Shown here in pieces: positions 47,691 to 58,000 of a stretch of 64,000 bases of DNA. The notes below the pieces were generated by a model. It was not told the origin of the DNA. It did not search any database and saw only the letters and a program-made list of their open reading frames with translations. Where the stretch lies: assembly GCA_964276515.1 (NCBI GenBank), contig OZ193909.1, positions 11,842,001-11,906,000 on the forward strand, written 5' to 3'. The position numbers were made by a program, and so were the translations under genes. Within the stretch, counting starts at the first letter, position 1. Each line of letters opens with the position of its first letter. This DNA comes from Gordius albopunctatus. Its lineage: Eukaryota.

Positions 47691-47728
47691 TATAATATTT
47701 CGTCCTCATAGAGGACATCGTCAGATAA
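47691..47728 (-). ncRNA. Minimal type I hammerhead ribozyme motif in the Penelope 3' end
   Basis: Minus strand uau-CUGACGA-u-GUCCUC-uau-GAGGAC-GAAA-UA-UU-aua: conserved core, 6-bp stem II, palindromic stem III and a 3-bp stem I. Confidence 0.72.
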
Positions 47729-47775
47729 GTAAAATAGATTTAAATAAAATAGATTTAAATAAAATAAAATATAAA

Positions 47776-49017
47776 CTAAATAGAATGTTCTTTTGGTAGT
47801 GATAAATTAGTGTGTATCCAAGGGTAGAGGGGTGGTACCCTTCCCATATCTTCATTTAAAGTGGGGTTAAGTCTTCTAAAAAAGAAGGATTCTAACGTCT
47901 TTCTTTCAAAATATGATTTTGTAAAAAGTAGAATTGATTGTTTGAGTTTTGACGTATGATTTTCCTTTAAAATGTGGTTAGATACTCCTGTAGGTACCCC
48001 GTTGGGGCGAAATAAAGCTGCCAAGTGTTCTTTAAGCCTAACTCTTAAGTCTCTTTTTGTTTCCCCAATGTAAAACTGGTTGCAATCACTACAAGTAATT
48101 TTATAGATAACGTTATTTGTCTGTAAATCGGATTCATAGTTATTTTGTAATATTGTTAAGAGTGATTCATTAGGTTTTTGTGTGATGATAATGTTATTAA
48201 TATTATTCCTTTTTAAATTTTTTTTAATGATTTTTAAAAATGTAAATGGTAACGATGGGTGATGCGGAAAATGTATAAATGTTTTATCATTAATATTTTT
48301 TTGCTTATTTTCATTTAAAAAACATTTTTTTAGAATATTATTGAAAAGTTGATTTGGATATCCAAGAGAACAGAATGTTTCATATAAATAAACTATTTCT
48401 TTAATATATGCGGATTGTGAAGACGATAAATGAATTGCTAGATTAATAAGCCAGCCTAAAGTATTGACTTTAAAAGTGAAAGGAGTAAAACTATTAAAAG
48501 GAATATAGTTCAAACGTGATTCCGTAGGTTTGTGATAAACCTGAGTATGAAAAATATTTTGATTTCTGGTAATTAAAACGTCCAGAAAAGGCAAACATTG
48601 ATTCGTTTCAATTTCAAATGTAAATTTTATGTTAATATGAAATGAATTTAATAGATTTAAAAAGTTATTTAAATAATTATCTAAGTTTTGATTCCAGAGT
48701 GCAAATATATCGTCAACATATCTACACCAAAAAGGTGGAAAGGAGGGAAGTTTTGATAATTCATTTTCTAAATGTGATAAAAATATATTTGCGAGTACAG
48801 GGGCAATAGGCATCCCCATAGCACAACCATCAATTTGGTCATAATTTATATGATTGAATTTAAAATTATTTTTTTGTGTGCAAAATAATAATAATTCTTT
48901 AAAAATATTTTCCGGAAATGGTAAACTATCATTTTCTTTTAATTTATTTACACAAATATCAATTGTTTCCATTATGGGAATCTGAGTGAATAAATTTTTT
49001 ACGTCAAAGCTGATCAT
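47776..49017 (-). CDS. Penelope RT core + GIY-YIG endonuclease (fragment)
   Basis: 413-aa ORF with YVDD and GIY-YIG motifs. Confidence 0.9.
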   Translation of the reverse strand: MISFDVKNLFTQIPIMETIDICVNKLKENDSLPFPENIFKELLLFCTQKNNFKFNHINYDQIDGCAMGMPIAPVLANIFLSHLENELSKLPSFPPFWCRYVDDIFALWNQNLDNYLNNFLNLLNSFHINIKFTFEIETNQCLPFLDVLITRNQNIFHTQVYHKPTESRLNYIPFNSFTPFTFKVNTLGWLINLAIHLSSSQSAYIKEIVYLYETFCSLGYPNQLFNNILKKCFLNENKQKNINDKTFIHFPHHPSLPFTFLKIIKKNLKRNNINNIIITQKPNESLLTILQNNYESDLQTNNVIYKITCSDCNQFYIGETKRDLRVRLKEHLAALFRPNGVPTGVSNHILKENHTSKLKQSILLFTKSYFERKTLESFFFRRLNPTLNEDMGRVPPLYPWIHTNLSLPKEHSI

Positions 49018-49861
49018 ATGAATGTTCGAAGATTTTTGTGCTTTAAGACGTGTTATAAAATCAAGTGAGTTTTTAATTGAATATTTGTTTTTGGAAATCG
49101 GTGATAAAAATTTGATTAAAAATTTTGAAAGATTTTAATTGTAGGCGTTATATGTTGACATGATTGGACGAAGAAGAATGTTAGGCTTATGTATTTTTGG
49201 GATACCATATAATTGAGGTGCTGTAGGGTTTGAGGATCTAACATAATTGTAATCTTCCTTTGATAAAAGATTTTTGCGAAATAGATTGATTAAAATTTTA
49301 TTAAGTGCCTTTTCTCGGGCCTGGGTTGGGTCCTTATTTAATGTGATAAAATGCTTTTTATCAATAAGTATTTCATACATTTTAGCCATGTAATCCTTCA
49401 TGTCCATCAGAACGATTTGTCCTCCCTTATCTGCCCTAGTAATTTTTAAATCTTTATTCATTTTAACTTTTTTTATTGCATCCTTAAATATATTATCTTT
49501 AGGTTGAGGTTTTTGTATTTTAATATTATTGAGTTTGTATCCTATCTGTGTATTCAAATGTTCTAGAATTTTATTATTTTCAGGGTTTTCTCGTTTAACT
49601 GTTTCTAATAATTTCTCGACGTTGTTTATTGTTTGTATTAGGGTGCGTCTTAAAATAAGATTTTGACTCGTAGCAAAAAAAGCGAACACATGTTAAAACA
49701 TAGCCGCGTCTTAATATACGCTTCACTTCATTTTTGCTTCTTTGTTACTTCATTTCATTCGCGATTTGCAGGATGCAAAATATAGAGTAAGCTAATAAAA
49801 TAATTATTAAATGCATAATAAATGCTTAAATTAGGCAAGAACAAACAAAAACACTCATTAG

Positions 49862-50451
49862 ATGTGTGGAATCTCAAATCATTATTTGGGATGATGAAAA
49901 GGAACTTCACAGTAATAAACTAGAGGTTGCCAAATCATGGCAACTGGTAGCCAATGATTGCAACTTGCCAGGTTACATTTTATAATGAATGTTATAATTT
50001 TAATAGTGGAACAATGCAAAACCAAGTGGAAAATCTTAAGAGATGGGTTTAGACGAGAAAGAAATAGAATTAAACATGCCAAGTCAGGGTCTGGGGCCCT
50101 GACAACAAAATGGCATTATTTTAAAGATTTGTTTTTTTAGAAAAGGTGTTTCAAGAAACACCTACTGTTAGCTCTCTTGACCAAATCTCTGTTTTAAATG
50201 AGAGTTCAAATAAAGAAAACCCACCCAGACGGAGCATTCTGACTGATCAAATAAACAGGTTGCTTAATTTACAGCTTAATTTATTTATTAGGTTAATAAA
50301 TATAGAAGAAGAAAAGCTCAAAATTTCTTGTGATCCAGAAAAGATCTTTCTGGATTCACTATTAGCAGACTTCAAATCTCTGAATGATAATAATAAGTTA
50401 CTTTTCAAATTAAATATATTGCAAATTTTAGAAAATTTAAAACATAATTGA
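49862..50451 (+). CDS. Harbinger Myb/SANT (MADF)-BESS partner gene, spliced and frameshifted
   Basis: IIWD.EKELHSNK...W..VA / VEQCKTKWKILRDGFRRE...SGSG...KWHYF and a C-terminal DPEKIFLDSLL..FK.NILQIL. Convergent with the transposase. Confidence 0.75.
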
Positions 50452-50606
50452 TTATTGCATTTTTTATATATTAGTTGATGATATATTTTATATGATGAAT
50501 AAAAGTTTATGTGTATTAGTACAACTCTAAGCAAAATTTGACAACCTATAAAAGAAATAACAATTTATTAAGAACTCATTAAACAATAAAAAAAATTATA
50601 ATGGTT

Positions 50607-51821
50607 TTAATGCCAAGGTAAAGAATGACATTTAAAATATTGACTAAATAATTCTCTAATATTCTGAGCACTGTGAGAAGATGGGTTGTTCTCAGGCAAT
50701 AACTGTTGGGTATTTTCAATTTGGGCATTGTGTAAATTATAATCATAAGAATGCAATTCCTTATTTAATAAAATATTATGCAAAATACAAATTGTTTGAA
50801 TTATTTTTTCAGCCTTTTTAGGCTTAGTTTTTATTGGGGTCTCAAGAATCCCAAATTTTTTAGCCAATATTCCAAATGAACATTCTACAGAATTCCTGGC
50901 TCTTGCCAATCTTTTGTTGTACATAACTTTGTCATCATTTAATGAAGAGCTTGGATATGGTTTCATAAGAAACTCTGATAGCTGAAAAGCTTCATCAGCT
51001 ATGAATACATATGGGACTTTTACAGGAGTATTAGTTAAATAGGTATCAGGTGGTAAAAAATTTCTATTTTCCTGTATCTTTTTATACAGGGAACAGTGTT
51101 TCCAAACCCCTCCGTCACTTTGATGCCCTAGGGCTCCTACATCAATATAAGTAAATTTATATTTGGCATCTGAGACAGCCATCAATACAATGGAATGATA
51201 TCCTTTGTAGTTATAGAAACGGCTTCCTGCTTTTGCTGGTTTGATAATCCTTATATGCTTTCCATCAACTGCTCCCAAACAATTTGGAAGGTTCCATATC
51301 TCCTCATAATCTTTTGCTATCTAAAGAATAATTTATTTTATATTAAATAATGACTACTTTTTTCCAATTTTCATGATTGGGTATTGGTATGTGAATCTTC
51401 ATCAAGTTTTTTACAATAGCTTCAGTAACTTCATCCACTATATAGGCTATTGCACTTCTACTTATCCTAAAAGAAAAGGCTAATTGCCTGAAACACTCCC
51501 CCAATATTAAATATCTAAATGAAAATTAAATATAATCTATTCTTATAATATGCCTTAAAGTAACCATCAACCTTTCAGCTGGACTTATCCATTCAACTTT
51601 ATCATTAGAATGATTTATATCTTCTTCAATATGAGACAAGATATAGTAAAATGTGCTTTGTTGCATCCTTGTATAATCATAAAATAACTCAAAATATTTT
51701 TAGTCATATTAGAAAACTCCCCCAAAACATGTCTTTGTTTATATAATATATTTTTTTTTCTCGTAGATTTTTTTGATGCATACTCAGTTAGTAAAAGAAT
51801 TAATATTGATATTGCATCCAT
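50607..51821 (-). CDS. Harbinger DDE transposase (HARBI1-like), spliced; frameshift in the first exon
   Basis: ERLMVTLRYL, PNCLGAVDGKH, SIVLMAVSDA, SDGG, ADEAF and ARARNSVECSFGIL motifs. Introns at 51515-51553 (GC-AG) and 51321-51357. Confidence 0.88.
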
Positions 51822-51998
51822 TTAGTTGAAGCGCATATTTAGACACAAAAAATTATGGCGCGCTTGAAGTTGAAGCGTATATTAAGACAGGCCCTTAGAG
51901 GGAAAGTTTTTATTTTTCTAAAACTGAATTTGGGTCCTAGGTTAAGGAGGTTAATTGTTTCATGGTCTAAGGATATTCTTGATAGGTTAATAAATTTA

Positions 51999-52166
51999 TT
52001 TTGATTATGAGCTGGGATGACCTTTTTATTAGTAAAATTTAGCTTAAAATTGATTTTGATTATGAGCTGGGATGACCTTTTTATCAGTAAAATTTAGCTT
52101 AAAATTGATTTTGATTATGAGCTGGGATGACCTTTTTATCAGTAAAATTTAGCTTAAAATTGATTT
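51999..52166 (+). repeat. 55-bp tandem repeat, about 3 copies, at the Penelope 5' truncation point
   Basis: gattatgagctgggatgacc units at 52003, 52058 and 52113. Confidence 0.9.
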
Positions 52167-52172
52167 CATTAA

Positions 52173-54795
52173 AATAACGTCAACACGCTGGTAACTATCG
52201 TATCCCTGGAGGCACTTCGCTCTCCTATTACCTCTCTACAGTTCCCCCCTTTTTACAGACAAAATCCTTAAGCAATGTTGGCGGTTTCCGGTTACGTTGT
52301 GGGTATCTCGGTTCTTCCCTAGGCGTTCCTGTCTGGTTTTGGCTTTGTTCCCTTGTCGCACTTGTTACCCTGTTTTGCATTTGTTCTCTTGGCGCATTTG
52401 TTCCCTCTTCCCTTTCTGATGATATTCTTTGTGGCCACCCGTTCTCTTGTCCCAGCGTAGTCCAATCCAGGATTCTCCGTTTCCTTACTTGATCCAGGTG
52501 TCGGTGGTGCTTTCTTCCCTGTGCCCATACATCGTAGGCCGGACTCCCGTGTTTGGCCTTTATCGTGCCTTCCACCCATTTTCTTGGACCCAGGAACATG
52601 CATTCGTGTGTTCCCGGTCTCTACCCATTGTTGTGGTACGTTTTCCCTTAATACCTCCCATCGGTTCGCATACGCCTTTTTAACATCCTCTCTGCCGGGC
52701 TTTTATTGGTTGCGGGGTGTTTTGTCGATCTATAGTTTTCCAGAAATCTATTTATCCCTACTTCCGACTTGTTCCTCATGATGGCTTCTTTCATTAATTG
52801 TACGTATCTTTCTGCCAAACCGTTCGACGCAGGATGGTATGGAGCTGTCCTTCGCTGATTAATCCCTCTCATCTTGCAAAGGTTTTGTAAATCCTGTCCT
52901 TTGAATTGTGGGCCATTATCCGATATTAGCCATGGTGGATTTCCAAATCTCGCAAACGTCTCGGCAAGTTTTTTTATAATGGTTGTCGATGTGGTGTCTT
53001 CTAACTTAAACACCTCTACCCATTTCGAACTATTGTCCACCATCACGAGGTATGACTTCATGATATCTATATGTACTTAGACCCATGGCTTTTGGCTAGG
53101 TTGACACTCTATCAACGGTGCCTTCTTCGCCGCCGTGGCCGTGTAATTGCAATTCCGGCACGCTTTTGCTACGCTAAATAAGTCCTCGTCGAGAGTAGGC
53201 CACCATATATACTGCCGCGCCACTTCTTGCATTCGCTTTATACCCACGTGGCCCCTATGTAGTCTTTGTAGTACCGCTCCTCGTAACTTAGCCGGAATTA
53301 ATATTCGTCGCCCTTTGTAATATATTATGCTCTTGGCCTCATGCAACTTTGGCAGGTGTTTTTCGTAGGCGCGTTTTAGCCCACCCGTGACCATTGTATT
53401 TTGTTTACGGTTCATCCACTCTTTTACTTGACGTAGCCCCGGATCATCAAAGGTCGAGGAAACAGCTGTCATTATTGCTAGCAGACGTAGCGGGGCCGCC
53501 GCTATGCGGGATCGATTGGATACAAGAATTCGAACCCGAAATATGGCGTCAAATACGTTGGAACTCGAGAACAGCGGCGGAACGTTTCGCGGTCAATTAC
53601 GTTGAAAGACCGAAGGATACCAAGTTAGCGATCCAGAACGTGATGAAGCGATGGGAGGGCCAGCGAAACGAATTCTCGCAAGCAGTCAAGGGAATAACGG
53701 TGGAAGTACCGGTAAAAGATGGCATAGATCCCGTATTTATCCCCGCTCGAAGAGTGCCGATGGCGTGGAAGAAAGAAATAGAAGAAGAGCTGAATAAATG
53801 GGTCAGAGACGGGGTGATAGAACCAATCGATTTCTCAAGATGTGCCAGCCCAGTGGTACCCGTGAAAAAAAGCGATGGGACTCTGCGATTATGTATAGAC
53901 TACCGGTTTACGATAAATAAATACGCACAAGGGTTGCTGTACCCCTTACCCAAAAATCGACGATTTGTTAAATAAACTCGATAACGCGTGTTATTTTACG
54001 AAGCTCTACCTTTGCGAAAGCGTACTTACAGCTTGAATTAGGACCAGAGACGAGCCAACGGTTGACGATCTCGACTCACAAGGGCTTATTCAAAGTTAAC
54101 CGGATGCCGTTTGGTTTAAATTGTGCCGCGGCTATTTTCCAAAAAACAATGGACCAAATATTACGAGGCATGGAGGGGGTAGCGGTATACATCGACGACA
54201 TACTAATTGCAGGGGAAACGGAAGAAATTCACAACGAGCGGTTACTCAAAGTACTAGAAACGTTACAAAAGTGGGGGTTCGTGCCAAACATTGCCAAGAG
54301 CAACTTGTGGGCGAAGGAAGTAACCTTTTTGGGATACGTAATAAGTAACAAGGGAATTCAAATTAACGACAATAAAGCCGAGATAGTCAAGCAGTAGAAA
54401 AATTTAACAAACAAAAAAGTGTCCTGGCGTATATAACCAACGTATTTATAAGTTACAACCAATTAACGATAATTTGATCGCCAACGCGCGTGTAAATAAC
54501 GTCAACACTCAGGTAACTATCGTATCCCTGGAGGCACTTCGCTCACCTAGGGAAGAACCGAGATACCCACAACGAAGCCTGGAGACCGCCAGCATTCCTT
54601 AAGGATTTTGTCTGTAAAAAGGGGGGAACTGTAGAGAGGTAATAGGAGAGCGAAGTGCCTCCAGGGATACGATATTTACCTGAGTGTTGACGTTATTTAC
54701 ACGCTCGTTGGCGATCAAAATATCGTTAATTGGTTGTAACTTATAAATACGTTGGTTATATACGCCAGGACACTTTTTTGTCGTGTTTTGTAACA
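52173..54795. mobile_element. Rearranged Gypsy element(s): integrase + PPT + LTR on minus (52173-53472); RT on plus (53473-54397); inverted LTR fragment; PPT + complete LTR on plus (54630-54795)
   Basis: SDNGPQF and TAPYHPASNGLAER (integrase); LRLCIDY, RMPFG and YIDD (RT). PPT aaaaagggggg precedes a 166-bp TG...CA LTR. Related to the 40498-43590 copy. Confidence 0.88.
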
Positions 54796-55042
54796 CACTC
54801 CTAATAGATATGATTAGTATTATTTATAAATTTTAACAATGAAATTTTATCTACATGCTATCATTAAAATACTTACAAAAATATTATATACAACTGCTTA
54901 ATAATTACAACCTTAAACAATTAAATCTTATTTTAATATTATATAAATTTTAATCATATGTTTACAAATTGTATGGTTCATTCGTGAAATTGTTGGACGC
55001 CTATACCCAAACCACACGTTTCATGGCCATAGACTAATGTTC

Positions 55043-58000
55043 ATGGCAAATGATTCCAGAGAAAAGCAGCTGAATTTACTTTTAAGTAATTTACAATTTA
55101 TTTTTTGCTTAATTAAATTTAGATGAAGCAACAGACACAAAAAACTTAAGCTTTAGAACGGATGTGATAGACTCTTTTTGCGATTTGGTCAATTCTTATA
55201 ATGATGGCTGTAGATTTGCTACAATATTGCTGTCTAAAAAATTAAATTTGGAAGGGGAATGGGAGCTATTGCAAACCTTGAATGTAATAACAAAGTTTAG
55301 GCATAATATTTAATTATTTAGGTTATTAAGATTTGTGTTCAAAAGTGTGGAGAAATGTTTCACAAGGAGATTGGCATGTTTAGATTTCTGAACAACATGA
55401 TAAAGCTAATTTCACCCAAAGTAAATATATTTTTTCTTAAATTAAAGGAATCATTCATTGTGATTAATTAAAAATTTAATATATTTAGTACTTAGGGCAT
55501 TTAACAACTAACAAAGTCAAAGAAGAGATATGTGTTATAATAAAAGATTGGAGCATTAATTTAAAGGAGCCCAAAATTAAAGAAGCCTACCAGATGCTCC
55601 AACAGCAAAACTTAATCCCAGAAAATGTGTCAAAGGTAGAGCCCTGCAAAATTGCTATTCATTCGCCCAAACCTGTTTTGAACTTAATGGCTAAATATTT
55701 AATCTCTCTAAGCCTATCCAGTTTTAAATACTTTTTTTATTTTTGGCTTACTTTAGCCCAACCTGGTATCTTTTGAATAGTAGCAAGTACTCATGTTTCT
55801 ATATTAATTATAATGAATTTGATTGTTATTAAAAAATTATTTTAAACAATTAATTGTTTGCTATCATCTGATTAACTAGATTCTTTTAATGGAATTAGAA
55901 TTTAAGTGGCCCAGGAGCAGGACATTGAAAGAGTAAAAAATTATATTAATTTGCTGATAAATTGATGTAATAATTGAGAATAATTACAAAAAGAGTCATT
56001 AAAAAATCATGGAAGGGACACCAAATGCATGCAATTTGGACCTAACTGAGTCATATCATTTACGACCATCAAAAAATTATCTTTTATTTGGGAAAATGAA
56101 TCCTTTATAATTTAGGCCATCTTTTATATAATTTTGTTGACTCCTTATTTTATATTCCTCTCCAAACTAATTCATTTATTTTTGCCTTTCTTTGGAATTA
56201 ACTTAGTAATTAACTGAATGTAAATTCCTCTAATTTGTTTCTTATCATCTCATCTTAAATTTTTGACTTCATTTATTTTTACAAAAATTGTTACATGCAA
56301 AATGTTTAGAGTTGTTATTTAAGGTGTCACATTGTATATAGCGCCTTTAGAAGAGCAAAACAATTTCAATGTTTACTGTAATATAAACCACAGCTTTAAA
56401 ATATATGATTAGTTAAAAATAATTTTAATTCTATATGATTAGGAAGAGGAAAATAAATTGATAACTTATATAGTTTTTTGTATTATTTTCAACTTTGTTG
56501 ACAATAAAGATTGCAATTTCCTTTACAAATGTAAATTAATTAAAAGGACTAAATTTGTTTTTGAAATATTACATGTTTAGATTTGTTTAATTTATATAAA
56601 AACAACTTTAATTTATTACAATTTGTAATTAGAGCTCAATATTTATATTTAATAATTGCTATACACACATTGTATCTAGATTATGACTATAAATTAAACA
56701 GAACTAATAAATTTGGCTAAAATATTATTTGTTGTTATTGTGCATGGTGTAGGCTAAATTGCATAACCTAAACTACACTGTTGTACACAGGGAATAGTGT
56801 TGTAAAAGGGGCTGGGTCTTGCTTGGCCGACCTTTAGTCAACTAAACATAAATTCTTGGTCAACTTTTGAGCTTAGTCGGAACTTGAAAAACAGACCAGA
56901 GCCAAGCAAAGCCCTGCCGTTTTTGCAACACTAATCGACACCTTGCATTCATATTTTTATGTGTAAGAGTTAACGGATTAAATGGCCCATTAATCGTTTA
57001 TATCAGGATTCAGGTTTGCCAGATCAAAATCAGGTATCGAAATCCAAAGCCTGCAACAGTATAATGGTAGACGAAAAGATTTCCAAGGTATTAACTTTTC
57101 TTTAACCGAACTTTACATAATTTATCCTGGACACGATATAGAGATTGAATAAGTTGCTCAAAAGCAAATGTCCCGAGGACTTGCACGAAGCTAACCAACT
57201 CATAAAATCGCTCGTCAAAGAGGTATTAACTTTACCCGCAAACTTTTAATCCGTCGTTTAAGAAAATTCTCTTTCCTGATCGTCTAGTATGGTGTTGTAA
57301 AAGCGGCTGGTGGTTTTGTTAGGTCTCGACCTTTGGTTTTAGTAGACTAAACAGAAGCAGGCAGACCAAAGGTTTGACCAAAAATCTTTAGTCTGTATTA
57401 TACGACGCTACTGGAAGTGGAAGTGATAAAGAGATGGATGGATTCAATCTCTCTAGACCAATAATAAAACCAATTTTTTATAGGTTTCAACAACTAATGC
57501 GCACAATTTTCCCAATGAATCCATTAGCTTTGATTTACTTGCGTTCGATATAACTTTTGCGCGTGAATCGTTAGGACGAACTAAAGATTGAAAAGATGGT
57601 TGCCCGAAATTCGGAGTTGGAATTTGTGAGCAGTAACGTGCAGTTGCTGAACGAAATGATGTCCGCCTTTGCAGAGCCGATGGGATCGCAAGAGAGGGAA
57701 CTCATGAACGTAAATCGCATATATATATATATTCCCAATAAGGATTATTAGATTTTATCCCTATCCTTCATTGATGTCTGCCTTGCAATGAGGGCACCAA
57801 TAGAGCTGAAAGAATCTACTTTTTTAGTTGCCAATAATCATTATATCATAAATTTTAGAAGGTATACTGGTTAAAAGCTATTTATTATAATGATATCTTA
57901 GGAACTCTACAACACGTGTAGGGACAAGAAAACTCGCCTGTTGACTATGGCTGAACAAACTAACGAAGACGATGATTTATTAGGTAAGCTACAATGCTAA

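Larger units (their letters stand above)
49641..51894. mobile_element. PIF/Harbinger transposon with both genes
   Basis: GGG...CCC ends with imperfect TIRs (gggtgcgtcttaaaata vs gggcctgtcttaatata); TTA TSD at 49638-49640 and 51895-51897. Confidence 0.9.
47631..52172 (-). mobile_element. Penelope-like element (RT + GIY-YIG), interrupted by a Harbinger
   Basis: ADKG, PQLYGIPKIHKP..LRPI, SFDVKNLFT, G.AMG, RYVDD and VIYKITCSDC..FYIGET..L..RLKEH motifs. N-terminal INLS...LLNLGPKF at 51895-51995. Confidence 0.92.

Noticed and set aside
50607..51278. Domesticated HARBI1 host gene
   Set aside because: It is flanked by TIRs and a TTA TSD, paired with a MADF gene, frameshifted and inserted within a Penelope ORF.
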